NCBI GenBank assembly: GCA_002269645.1
Contig: NIVC01000384.1
Span: 1 to 64,000 of the forward strand
Source of the DNA: Macrostomum lignano
Taxonomy: Eukaryota
Direction: 5' to 3'
Length of the DNA: 64,000 nt
Of the stretch, positions 24,358 to 35,936 are shown in pieces. How positions within the stretch are numbered: position 1 is the first letter of the stretch; each line of letters begins with the position of its first letter. The notes beneath the pieces were generated by a model. That model did no database searches and was not told the DNA's origin. It worked only from the letters and a program-made list of their open reading frames with translations. The translations under genes and the position numbers were made by a program.

Positions 24358-24955
24358 CTCAGCAACAGTCAAAAGTTCCACCCTCCAAATTGCGAAAACT
24401 TCTCACTCACAATTCAACCCTCAAGTTACGCAACTAAGCCGCCGCGAGGAAGGGAAAGTTGATTGAATATCAAAACTCGTAGTAAACGTCAGTCGCACAA
24501 AATCATAAATTTTTTATGCAATATTCAGTTAGAATCGCGATGCGTGTGCGATCCCCTCGCATGCAGAAGTGCGACGACTCTGCGGAGCTGCTCCAAAGCG
24601 TTTTTAATTGCATGACGCAGAGCTCTCCCCAACATTCTATGGTGGATTCTCTTTTCGAATGCTACGTTTTAGGATGTCCCAGGCATGCTCGATGGGATTC
24701 ATGTCTGGGGACCGGGAAGGCCAGCGCAGAGTGCGCAGCTGTAGCTGTTCCTTCAGTTGACTAACAGCATCGGCTTGGTGTGGCGGGGCGTTGCTCCTGG
24801 GCTTGGGTCTGCTTAATGTCCAGGCCTGGACCATTAAGCAGACCCAAGCCACCCCCAAGCGGCAATAAGCTTTGCGCGTGCCGTAGGTTGCGTCACTCGC
24901 AATAAGTGAAAAAATCATCTCGCTTAGTGGGGTGGAACTTTTGACTGTTGCTGAG
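24358..24955 (-). mobile_element. Internally deleted Tc1-type (DD34E) transposon in PPEF intron 3
   Basis: Perfect 26-bp TIR CTCAGCAACAGTCAAAAGTTCCACCC flanked by TA; retains NAPPH...WPSRSPDMNPIEHAWDILKR. Confidence 0.88.
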
Positions 24956-24977
24956 TATATATACTCGTATGTACATA

Positions 24978-25219
24978 CTCAGCAACATTGAGAAGTCGCC
25001 ACCCTTTGACCCAGTGAGCAGTGTTAAAAAATGAAAAAAACAATAAATACCGGGCGGAAGCTTCAACACATTCAATCTTCGCCCTCTGCTCCTCCCGATC
25101 CCTCTTCACCCAGTCCAATCTCTGCTTCGTGTGGCGCAAGTTGCGTCACTCAAAAGTCAATACTGAGTTAGAATTTACTGCGCACTCTGAAAGGTGGCGA
25201 CTTTTTTATATTGTTGAGC
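24978..25219 (-). mobile_element. Second, shorter related Tc1-type derivative
   Basis: Imperfect TIRs CTCAGCAACATTGAGAAGTCGCCACC / GGTGGCGACTTTTTTATATTGTTGAG; RHTKQRLDWVKR resembles the Tc1 linker before the DDE domain. Confidence 0.6.
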
Positions 25220-25447
25220 ATATATCTATCTTATTACATCGGGACCATCGTTTCGTACTGTATGGAGGCAGATCAACTGACTCAAGCGCGTGTGGTACGA
25301 TTCACAGCCACGAATGCCAACGGCCCCAGGGGCACAGGGAGTGTACACTATGTGAGCGTGTGTATACGAACAGGTGCTCATAAATCCTCATATCTTTCAC
25401 TAGAGTATACTTAGAAAACAAATCTTCTGCAACCAATTACCCGACAG

Positions 25448-25690
25448 GACAACAGCGGCCAAATCAGCCTGGAAGAGTTCAAAGAGTCGTGCCGAATTTT
25501 GTGCCAAGCAACCCAACGCCAGATGACTGAGGACGAAGTCGCCGATATGGCGAAATCTTTAGATTTGAATAGCGACGGCTACATTGATTTCAACGAATTC
25601 CTGGAGGCCTTTCGCATTGTCGACTATCAGAGACAGGAGAGTCAGAAGCGACTGCTCGGCGATTCCGTTCAGTCGAGCGTGAGCGAGTGA
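25448..25690 (+). CDS. PPEF: PPEF exon 4 (EF-hands D-K-DNSGQISLEEF and DLNSDGYIDFNEF; stop)
   Basis: Acceptor GACAG; completes the EF loop split by intron 3; total CDS 715 aa. Confidence 0.95.
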   Translation, partial: DNSGQISLEEFKESCRILCQATQRQMTEDEVADMAKSLDLNSDGYIDFNEFLEAFRIVDYQRQESQKRLLGDSVQSSVSE

Positions 25691-25999
25691 TATTGAACTG
25701 GGTCCATGTGTCTCGAAAAGGCATTCTTTACGAGCGTTGAAAAGTTTTAACGATATTAGCTTTAATAGCATGTTTCGTATTGTTTTGCTTTTGCAACCAA
25801 TTCCTCTTGTTTTGGGGCATACGAATTGCTTCTTTCGAGAGGTTTCGGTTTTTTCACTTTGCACGCTGAGGACTTTTTCTGTATGGCAAAATCTTCGTTG
25901 TATTCTTCACTTGTTAGATAGTGATTTGGAAATGATTTTTCTAGGGATATAGCACTTCACTTTCAGTCTTGGTTGCTTTAGAGTCTCTTGGACGCTTAG

Positions 26000-26835
26000 G
26001 TGATTTGTGTCTTGTCTTGTGATTGGTCGGGCACTGCGTCTTGTGATTGGTTGGGCACTGTGTCTTGTGATTGATTGGGCACTGTGTCTCGTGAATGGTT
26101 GGGCACTGTGTCTCGTGAATGGTTGGGCACTGTGTCTTGTGGCTGGTTGGGCACTGTTTCTTGTGACTGGTTGGGCACTGTTTCTTGTGACTGGTTGGGC
26201 ACTGTCTTGTGACTGGTTGGGCACTGTCTTGTGACTGGTTGGGCACTGTGTCTTGTGACTGGTTGGGCACAGTGTCTTGTGACTGGTTGGGCACAGTGTC
26301 TTGTGACTGGTTGGTCAATGTGTCTTGTGACTGGTTGGTCAATGTGTCTTGTGACTGGATGGGCACTGTGTCTTGTGACTGGTTGGGCACTGTGTCTTGG
26401 GATTGGTTGGTCACTGTGTCTTGTGACTGGTTGGGCACTGTGTCTTGTGACTGGTTGGGCACTGTGTCTTGTGACTGGTTGGGCACTGTGTCTTGTGACT
26501 GGTTGGGCACTGTGTCTTGGGATTGGTTGGGCACTGTGTCTTGTGACTGGTTGGGCACTGTGTCTTGGGATTGGTTGGGCACTGTGTCTTGGGATTGGTT
26601 GGTCACTGTGTCTTGTGACTGGTTGGTCACTGTGTCTTGTGACTGGTTGGGCACTGTGTCTTGTGACTGGTTGGGCACTGTGTCTTGGGATTGGTTGGGC
26701 ACTGTGTCTTGGGATTGGTTGGTCACTGTGTCTTGGGATTGGTTGGGCACTGTGTCTTGTGACTGGTTGGGCAATGTGTCTTGTGATTGGTTGGGCACTG
26801 TGTATTGTGACTGGTTGGGCACAGTGTCTTGCGAT
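26000..26835. repeat. 24-bp minisatellite (GTGACTGGTTGGGCACTGTGTCTT), ~35 copies
   Basis: Unit read directly. Confidence 0.96.
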
Positions 26836-27419
26836 TGATCAGCTAGCAAATCAGCAAATTTTACTTATAAACCGAACCGTTTGTTAGGAAAAAAGAAAAA
26901 GTAATAAAAGACAAAGAACAATTTTTTTACAAATTATCCTACAATTATTTTTTTGCACCCCAAATTTGTTCACGTCAAAAATGCAACGAATTAATTTTAC
27001 ACAACTCGATCCTGTGATAATCAGAATTCTGTACCAATAAAATAAATATTTTTATACGAGTATTAACACTGTGAAAGATTGCGTTATGTTTCTATTGTTA
27101 TCTATCAATGCAATTAGCACCTAATTTTCTCACTTTTATTGGTCAATCATATTTTGTTTTTATTAATAACTTCTACTTTTTTCCATACGAGTCTCTAATC
27201 GGCCTTTCTGTATCGCAAATTTCCGAGATACAAAATAAACTTTTAAGTAGAGAAGAATAAATTAGCTTTATCAGTATTCGAGATCATCGAAATATATTTG
27301 ACAATTGTCTTTAAATAAATGTTGAAATTGTTCTAATTGAAAGAACTAACTCTGTCTAAGGTTTTTAGGCAAACTAAATCCGTAGAATACCTAATGTTCA
27401 CATTCAAAAATAAATGCAG

Positions 27420-28030
27420 GCTTTTTCACAATCCCCAAAGTTCCCATTCACCCAATTTTATTCAGGCTCTTTCACAATCTCCCAGGTTCACATTCACCCA
27501 ATTTTATTTAGGCTCTTTCACAATCTCCCAGGTTCACATTCACTCAATTTTATTCAGGCTCTTTCACAATCTCCCAGGTTCACATTCACTCAATTTTATT
27601 CAGGCTCTTTCACAATCTCCCAGGTTCACATTCACCCAATTTTATTTAGGCTCTTCCACAATCTCCCAGGTTCACATTCACCCAATTTTATTCAGGCTCT
27701 TTCACAATCTCCCAGGTTCACATTCACCCAAATTTATTCACGCTCTTTCACAATCTCCCAGGTTCACATTCACCCAATTTTATTTAGGCTCTTTCACAAT
27801 CTCCCAGGTTCACATTCACCCAATTTTATTTAGGCTCTTTCAAAATCTCCCAGGTTCACATTCACCCAATTTTATGCAGGCTCTTTCACAATCTCCCAGG
27901 TTCACATTCACCCAATTTTATGCAGACTTTTTCACAATCTCCCAGGTTCACATTTACCCAATTTTATTTAGGCTCTTCCACAATCTCCCAGGTTCACATT
28001 CACCCAATTTTATTTAGGCTCTTTCACCAT
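27420..28030. repeat. 46-bp minisatellite, ~13 copies
   Basis: TTTCACAATCTCCCAGGTTCACATTCACCCAATTTTATTCAGGCTC; period 46. Confidence 0.95.
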
Positions 28031-29070
28031 CTCTAAGATTCACACTCACGGAATTAATGCAGACTTGTGAATAATATTGTGAAACCATGCCGCACCTGGT
28101 ACATACGCAAGTCAGTCTTAAAGTGATCTTTCAAAAGTTCAGAATGTGAGGAATGGAACCAATGTCAATTGACGGCTGAATGAACGAGCTTCCAAAAGCT
28201 TCCAAACTTATTTTGCAAATCGTGTTTTTTTCTCGCTGTCTAACTTCGGATGGAAATCGACGCAATGATAAAAGTGCTCATTTGCTATCGACGTCACAGG
28301 GACGTCAGTAACATCGTGACTCTTGAGTAAAAATTTGCCTGTAGCCTAATTGTCGTGTGATTCACATCCATGAGGGCCGCAACCCGAGAAGCCACGGTGT
28401 GTGTGTGTACATTGCCCAGATCTCACGAGTTTCTTTATCTTAGCAAACTAGGAGATTAGATCTATTTTTAGAAACAACTAACTAACTCAACAAGAGGCAC
28501 GTTGCCTTGCAGGCAAATATTATTTATAGTTAGCTGACACGCAATAAATACATATAGAGTACAACGTGTGTGTACTGTCTTGACCCTGCTCAACTTTTGC
28601 TTGAGTGGACATGGCTGGTTTAAATAATTTTTCAAATTAAACAGAAAAAATAAAAATCTGCGCTTGGATAGCAAATACCCTCTAACTATCAAATCCTCTC
28701 TACAGCTCACACATTTTCTCTCTACCTCATAGATCCCTTCTCTGCCTTGCAAATCCTCTTTCCTATAAATAGCTGCATCTCATATTCTCTACTTACTCGT
28801 TATTATACTCGTCAGTCTTGAGTATACAAAGCGCTAAAAGGGGAACTCTTGTTCCTATTGATAGAAAGAGTAGAGTAATATTTCAAAAGTAAAAATTAAC
28901 TGCCGCAAATAAGCGACAAAAATAGAATTTAAACAAAAGTTGAACATAACAAAACGAAAGTTATTTTAAGCACTGACTCAACTAAGAAAAAATGCTGTGG
29001 CTGTAGGTAAAAAAGGTAAACTTTTGTAAAATACATGAGGGAAACTTATTGAAAAGATTGTAGAAATTAG

Positions 29071-29365
29071 ACTTCAGGCATGCCCTGAAGGATTGGAGGG
29101 AGTTGAGGCATGCCCTGAATGATTGGAGGGAGTTTAGGCATGCCCTGAAGGATTGGAGGGAGTTCAGGCATGCCCTGAAGGATTAGAGAGAGTTTAGGCA
29201 TGCCCTGAAGGATTGAAGGGAGTTGAGGCATGCCCTGAAGGATTGGAAGGAGTTGAGGCATGCCCTGAAGGATTGGAAGGAGTTGAGGCATGCCCTGAAG
29301 GATTGGAAGGAGTTGAGGCATGCCCTAAAGGATTGAAGGGAGTTGAGGCATGCCCTGAAGGATTG
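29071..29365. repeat. 30-bp minisatellite, 10 copies, with invariant AGGCATGCCC
   Basis: AGGCATGCCC at 29076 and every 30 bp up to 29346. Confidence 0.95.
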
Positions 29366-29457
29366 GAATGGACTTGGGGATTTAGATTGGAATGGAGTAC
29401 GAGCTAGATAGACAGACAACTCTGCAATTAGAGAAAAAACCGGGCACCTGACATTTA

Positions 29458-29611
29458 GTAAACGGCGCGAGTAACTTTAACTGTCTTTTTATATTTAAGT
29501 AACTCGCAATCTGATTAGTCCTAAAATGTTAAATTAGTCTCAGTGTATGGTAGACAGGACGAGTAACTATACCCATATTTTTGTGCCTAAGTGACTCGTC
29601 ATCTAATTAGT
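29458..29611 (+). other. Two tandem degenerate copies of the same 28S rRNA-derived segment
   Basis: GTAAACGGCGCGAGTAACTTTAAC...CTCGCAATCTGATTAGT (29458-29519) and GTAGACAGGACGAGTAACTATACCCATATT...CTCGTCATCTAATTAGT (29550-29611). Confidence 0.7.
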
Positions 29612-29619
29612 AAGGATCC

Positions 29620-30210
29620 TCAGACGTCAGCAGCATCCAGGCGCTGCTCCAGCTCAGACAGCAGGTCCAGCTGCTCAGCGCAGCCCGCCCGCGCCGACGC
29701 CAGCCGCGCCTTCTGCTCAGCAAAATCTTTCACCCAGGTGTGTAAGCGCGCCTCCTCTAACTGGGCGCTGTCTAGCGCGCTACGCGCCGCTTCCAATCGC
29801 GCCAGATAGTCTTCAGCCTCCGAGCGCATCGAGTCGCCGCTATTCATCAGCCGGTCGAGCAGTCGACAGGCGGCGTCGTTGTGAACGAAAACCTCTTCGA
29901 AGCTGTGGGCGCCGCTGACAGCCTGCTGGGCTTCCGCCTCGCGCAGCGCCGCCTCCACGCCGCTGGCCCGAGAGGCGGCGCCGCTGGCCTCGGCGACGTA
30001 AGCGGCGGTCTCGTTCGCTGCCTCGGTCAGTTCGGCGCGCAGTCGGACAATCTGTCCAGCTAGCTGGCGCAGACCGGACACTTCGTCTTCGACAGCTTGG
30101 CGCAGCGACTGCCAGCTGTTCTGCGCCTTGGCCGACCGACTGCGCTCGGTGGCCGCGTGCGTCTCCGCGTCGCGAATCTCCGTCAGGATCTTCTCGAATT
30201 CGTTCTCCAT
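29620..30210 (-). CDS. Hypothetical coiled-coil protein, 196 aa, single exon
   Basis: GC-rich island with a GCCGCGATGG start context, codon bias like PPEF, and a heptad-like Ala/Glu/Leu/Arg pattern. Confidence 0.78.
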   Translation of the reverse strand: MENEFEKILTEIRDAETHAATERSRSAKAQNSWQSLRQAVEDEVSGLRQLAGQIVRLRAELTEAANETAAYVAEASGAASRASGVEAALREAEAQQAVSGAHSFEEVFVHNDAACRLLDRLMNSGDSMRSEAEDYLARLEAARSALDSAQLEEARLHTWVKDFAEQKARLASARAGCAEQLDLLSELEQRLDAADV

Positions 30211-30239
30211 CGCGGCTTGGCTGGCTTATTGGCAAACGG

Positions 30240-31470
30240 GTGCAGATAAGCGGCGGACAATCGTGGGCTGATAAGCAATGGGGCTGTAGATAAGCGATGG
30301 AATGGCTTTAGATAAACGGCAGAATGGCTGTAGCTAAGCGGTATAGCTATATAGATGAAATGGTACAATGGCTGTAGATAAGCGGTATAGCTGTAGATAA
30401 AGTGGTAGAATGGCTATAGATAAATAGTTGAAAGGCTGTAGACAAATGATAAAAAGGCCGTAGATAAGCGGTAGTGCTATATATAGGCGATAAAAGCTGT
30501 AGACAAAAATGGTATAATGGTGACTGTAGATAAGCGGTATAGCTGTAGTTAATTGGTAGAATGGCGGTCGATAAAATGGTAGAATTGCGTAGAATTGTAG
30601 ACAATTGCGGTAGTGCTGTAGATAATGCGGTATAGCTGTAGATAAAGTGATAGAATGACTGTAGATGAAGTGATAGAATGGCTGTAGATGAAGTGGTAGA
30701 ATGACTGTAAATGAAGTGATAGAATGGCTGTAGATGAAGTGATAGAATGGCTGTAGATGAAGTGGTAGAATGACTGTAGATGAAGTGGTAGAATGGCTGT
30801 GGTAGAGCTGTAGATGAAGTGGTAGAATGACTGTAAATGAAGTGATAGAATGGCTGTAGATGAAGTGGTAGAATGACTGTAAATGAAGTGATAGAATGGC
30901 TGTAGATGAAGTGATAGAATGGCTGTAGATGAAGTGGTAGAATGACTGTAGATGAAGTGGTAGAATGGCTGTAGATGAAGTGGTAGAATGACTGTAAATG
31001 AAGTGATAGAATGGCTGTAGATGAAGTGATAGAATGGCTGTAGATGAAGTGGTAGAATGGCTGTAGATGAAGTGGTAGAATGGCTGTAGATGAAGTGGTA
31101 GAATGACTGTAGATGAAGTGGTAGAATGACTGTAAATGAAGTGATAGAATGGCTGTAGATGAAGTGGTAGAATGACTGTAAATGAAGTGGTAGAATGGCT
31201 GTAGATGAAGTGGTAGAATGGCTGTAGATGAAGTGGTAGAATGGCTGTAGATGAAGTGGTAGAATGGCTGTAGATGAAGTGGTAGAATGGCTGTAGATGA
31301 AGTGGTAGAATGACTGTAAATGAAGTGGTAGAATGGCTGTAGATGAAGTGGTAGAATGGCTGTAGATGAAGTGGTAGAATGGCTGTAGATGAAGTGGTAG
31401 AATGACTGTAAATGAAGTGGTAGAATGGCTGTAGATGAAGTGGTAGAATGGCTGTAGATAAGCGGTGAGG
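30240..31470. repeat. 23-bp minisatellite (GTAGATGAAGTGGTAGAATGGCT), ~45 copies with degenerate edges
   Basis: Unit read directly; begins ~30 bp upstream of the coiled-coil ATG. Confidence 0.95.
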
Positions 31471-32771
31471 AGCTAGTAGACAATCGGATGAAGGGACTGC
31501 AGATACATGTACAGTACTATAACAGCTAAAAGTACTGTACAGGTAACATTTTCAGTCAGTTAGAGGGCTTTATTAGAGGAATGTTTATTAATATTTAGCG
31601 TAATAACGCGTCTCACTTTTCGAGTAAAAGTACATCGATTTCTCAGATTGCAGTCCCTGCCAAAATTTGGGTATGACGACCCATAGAGGTTACAAAAAGT
31701 TAGGGGCACTTTTGTGCATGACCTTGAATTGAAATTTGACAGATACGCAAGCTGGGATTTTGATGGCATGAAATAATGTGTAGTAAAATAAATAAAATGA
31801 GAGATTTTCCGCATTCCAATGACCCCTCCATCAGACTAGTTGAATTTCAGGCGCGTATCGATTGGGTAAAATAAATGAAAATAAGAAAGAAAGCTGAACC
31901 AAATTATTTCAAGACAGGCTATAAAAGTTATTAAAGAGCTTTTTTAAATCGTAGATACAATTATGTCTATTATATTTTATGCAAATATTTAATCAATTAA
32001 CGACATTAAAAATATTAAATTACAACACAGACAACAAAAGTCTTAGTTGAACCGTATTGGGCCTTGCGCATGACTGTTTTAAATTACATTGGCCATTTCT
32101 GCCTTTAAGCCTCAATAATCCACAAAGTATTTACAGAATAAAGCAGAAATCTGCGCGCATCACGCTACTGACATTTCCGTAAAATAGTAGGCTAGTTAAG
32201 CAAATTAGTTCACAAAATAAACATCATTCAATAAAAGTTTGCAATCTAAAAAATTTAGTTGATAGAAGATAGAGTGCCGGACGCTTGCAACCCTGTTAAT
32301 AAAGCAATTTTAAGGATTTTAGCGCTACTACTAAACACCCAAAGTTACTGTATGTGGGATGGATAAAAAGATAAAGAAGGATAAAGAATGATAGAAATAG
32401 GGAAAATAACGTATCTATATTTAACCTTAATGATTCTAGGGTGGTATAGAGTCGTATCTGAGGCGTGATAGAGTCACTAAATTTGTAGAAGTTTAAGCGC
32501 TAGAGTCTATATGAGTTATTTGCATTGACTTCTTATCGCCTCTTGTCACAGTAAAGTTTTCAACGGGCTAACTACTTTAGGTAGAAGGCACAGATACTAG
32601 AATTAGAATAACTAGATGGCCACTCAGGCATACATACTTAGGAAAACAGCTTTCTACTTTCAGTTCAGTAGCAATGAAGAATACATAAGCTATTATGTAC
32701 GTTTTGATAAGTTTGAAAAGTAAGCTTTGATAAGTTTAGAAGCCCACCAAGCTTGCAGGCGTAAACAGCTT

Positions 32772-33122
32772 TTTTATTAGAGGCAGGGGGGGTTGTGTGC
32801 ACCCTGGCGCACTTTAAGCAACATAGGCTCACAACCGGCGAGAGGCATTACTGCCCATTCCGCCGACTCCCCTGAGCAGGCACACAAGCGCGCGGATACG
32901 TTACGCAGGCACACACTCACACAGTAGTGTACAGCGGCCCTAACTTTATATTATCGTTAGGCATGTACACTTCACTGCGCCTTGGGGGGTTGGCTCTCAA
33001 GGCCGTTAAGAGCCAAGCCGAGATTCCAATTCAGCCCCAAATTAATGTGACTGCACTTGGAATCGAGCCTGGGTCGCTGGCACACCAGAGCCTGCGCTAG
33101 ACCGCTGGGCTACGGCCCCCCT
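32772..33122 (-). mobile_element. tRNA-derived SINE (second family) with a poly(A) tail and a 14-bp TSD
   Basis: Minus-strand head GGGGGCCGTAGCCCAGCGG...GGCTCGATTCC; tail AATAAAAAA; TSD GGCGTAAACAGCTT at 32758-32771 and 33123-33136. Confidence 0.85.
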
Positions 33123-33491
33123 GGCGTAAACAGCTTGCTAATTGGTTCAGCAATAATGTACATTTGTCAGTCCACTGAAATGTACATGACAGCTTTAGGC
33201 TGGAACAACCGAGGTAATAAAAATTGGGTGGCGGGGCAGGGGTAGTTCTGTGTGGAGTCTGAGGGTTTTAGCTTGGGGGGGGGTAAGAGCCAATATAGGC
33301 TTGACTTTAAAAATATATTAAAATGCTTCAATTTATCTTACTAATGAACTGAAAGTAGCTTGCATGCACATGTGCTGAGTGGCCCATTTATTCAATAGTT
33401 ATTCTAGTATCTGTGGTAAAAGGCGAATAAATAGCCGAAAAAAAAGTAATTGATCAGCATAAAGTTCCAAGTTTACAATTCCTGCACTGCT

Positions 33492-33785
33492 TCAGAGTTT
33501 CTCTACAGCCTTGGTGAAAGCCTCCACTTCTTTGAGCACAACCTTGGCCAGTTCGTCTTCGCTTGGTTTCGGATGCTTCTTAATATAATCAACAATGTTG
33601 AGCACAACTTTCTGCCTCAGAGCGGCCAGCTCAGCCTGTCCAGACACCTGATTATACAGGTGTTGGCCAATAGACAGGCCAGTGAGCAGTTTGTACATCT
33701 GGAGACTCTCAGGCTTGCCTTCTAAAGCGCCTAGCAGGGCCAGTTCGCGCCAAATGTCAGGGGCATTGCTGTCGCTTGAAGACAT
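33492..33785 (-). CDS. Hypothetical small alpha-helical protein, 97 aa (MSSSDSNAPDIWRELALLGALEG...AFTKAVEKL)
   Basis: Clean ORF forming a GC-richer island in AT-rich DNA, with normal globular-protein composition. Confidence 0.65.
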   Translation of the reverse strand: MSSSDSNAPDIWRELALLGALEGKPESLQMYKLLTGLSIGQHLYNQVSGQAELAALRQKVVLNIVDYIKKHPKPSEDELAKVVLKEVEAFTKAVEKL

Positions 33786-35768
33786 GTTCAATAAAATTGA
33801 TTGATTGATTTTTACTAGTGCTGAACCTGTCAGACTGACATGAAAGAGATTTTGTGATGCTGGTAGGAAATCAATGTGCTAAAGTAACACCCGCAACTTC
33901 AATCAGTAAAAGACGAATAATTTCAGCAAATATATTTTAATTAAATGCTTTTAATACAATTTTTTGTATTTTTTCTTCAAAAAATAAAAATGTCTAATTT
34001 AACAAAATTGGAATAAAAAACCATCATTTACAGATACATTTTTGATAAATAGAAGCTGTTGCTACAGCTATACTTGAAGTAAAAAAATTATCTTAAATCA
34101 GAGTGCATTTCAATATTTTAGACAATACTTAAACTTGGCCAGTCATTCTCTGCCATTCCAGCATCCACTTATTATGGCTTGTCCTTAAATCCAGATTTCT
34201 TTCATTTACTAGGCTGCTAGTCACAGCCACTCTATACCACTCTGGTTTGTTATGAGTTTTTGCATCATTCTATTCCTTTTTTAGGTGTTTTGTCTTAACT
34301 TTGGGCTTTTGGGCTAGAGGCTAATTCAAATCCACTAATCCATCCTTCTTTAAGTGGGTTTTATAGCTTTCCTTATCATCTCGCCCAGTCCAAATGCACA
34401 TAATTAAACAGTTTGCCTATTGCCAGTGCCAGTGTACATGTCAAAATGTTTATGTCTTTTCTCCCTTGTTATTAATCACATAAGACACCATGCACTCTAT
34501 AGAATCACTTAAATCACTGTTTGCTATGAAGTTTATGAATGGAATATTTTGCCCAAGTCACATTCAAAACAAAGTAATGATTCAGCAGAAAATCATTGTC
34601 ATATTAAGGAAACAGACCAACCAGATCAATGTGCTAACTGGGCCATTGTGGCATTTCAATCAGCAATGAACACTATATAGGCACCTTGCAATACCAAGAA
34701 CTAATCTCATTTTGTTTCATTGAGTGGCATTGAAAATCTCATTGGGCTGCTAACAGCCCTAGTCATTTTGGTTTTTGCATATTCACTAGTTTCATGGTTT
34801 GTTCAATGCAACAAGTTTTGGTAGGTTTTAATTTTCATATTGGATTATGTCAACCCATTTTCTCCATTTTTGTTTAAAGTACACACAAAGCAATGCAAAT
34901 GTACTACAAATTGTCTAGCACCAGAACATGCTAATGGACTTTTAGCAGACTTCCCATTGAGAATATATCTGCAAATCATTGTATATTATCTAAAAAATTA
35001 ACTATTTCTCTTTTTTACTTATAATGATTAGCAAAAAATGTATCCACGATAGTTTTTATTGCTTTTATAAAGGACAAACAGATTTTTTATTTACTCTTAA
35101 TTTTGGTCAAATAGTGCATTCCTAAGAAAATGTTTTTTTTTATTTGTTTTGCCTTGTTTTTATGTCAGTTCCTCTCAATATCAATTGGAAGGGGTATTAT
35201 AAGAAAAAGACTGATAAGTAGCTTAAGAAGATGGGTATACCAATCAAGTCTAGGAAGCTAGCTTCAGTCAGAGTACTTAGAGGCTCAGTCTGGTGTGCAA
35301 AGATATGTCATTGTAGAATGGGGATTAAATTTGCATGGGTCAAAGCATGCAATTAAGAGTAAGGTTGAAGTGTTAATAGTAGCCTTGGCATGTAATAATA
35401 TCTAATGCAAACCTCAGGCATCCACCTGGCAGTCTTGGACTCCTGGCTAGTCACCATATATTATGATGCTGCCCCATATAAAGGGTTGGCTGACTAAACT
35501 ACCTAGATGGGGGCTTATTCTAGTTTTTTAGTAGTTTCTACACCATAAAATGAGCAAGAGACTTTAATATGTGCTTCAAGAGATATGGATAATTAAGTAG
35601 AGAAAGGTCAGTCAAACTTACACAAGCTAAAATTTAGGCTAAAAATAGCATTCAGCTTGAATTTTTATCAATTTTTCTCACATGCATAAACTGTCTATGG
35701 CCAAATTTGATGCAGTAAATGAGAGGGGCTGCCTCAGAAAACTAAGACTGCAGTTGCTGTGCTAAGTC

Positions 35769-35936
35769 CATAACAGTTTCAATCAATTAGAGAGCAAGGT
35801 TAGGAGGGTCCTGCTGCACCAGATTCCAAGAACTCTGTACGCAGATGCCATCGACAAGATGCGAGACCAATGGGAGAAGTGCATCATATCTAGTGGTGAC
35901 TACATTGAGAAGACAACTCTGCCAACCGATGAGTGA
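35769..35936 (+). mobile_element. Mariner transposase C-terminal relic
   Basis: QLESKVRRVL...LYADAIDKMRDQWEKCIISSGDYIEK parallels the intact element's FYTSGIQELRDRWQKCIDRQGDYFEK. Confidence 0.75.

Noticed and set aside
25907-28017. SQDTVPNQ-, CDWLGTVS- and SQSPRFTF-type ORFs
   Set aside because: Translations of the 24- and 46-bp arrays.
30347-31483. 378-aa minus-strand ORF upstream of the coiled-coil gene
   Set aside because: Translation of the 23-bp array; not continuous with the 196-aa ORF.
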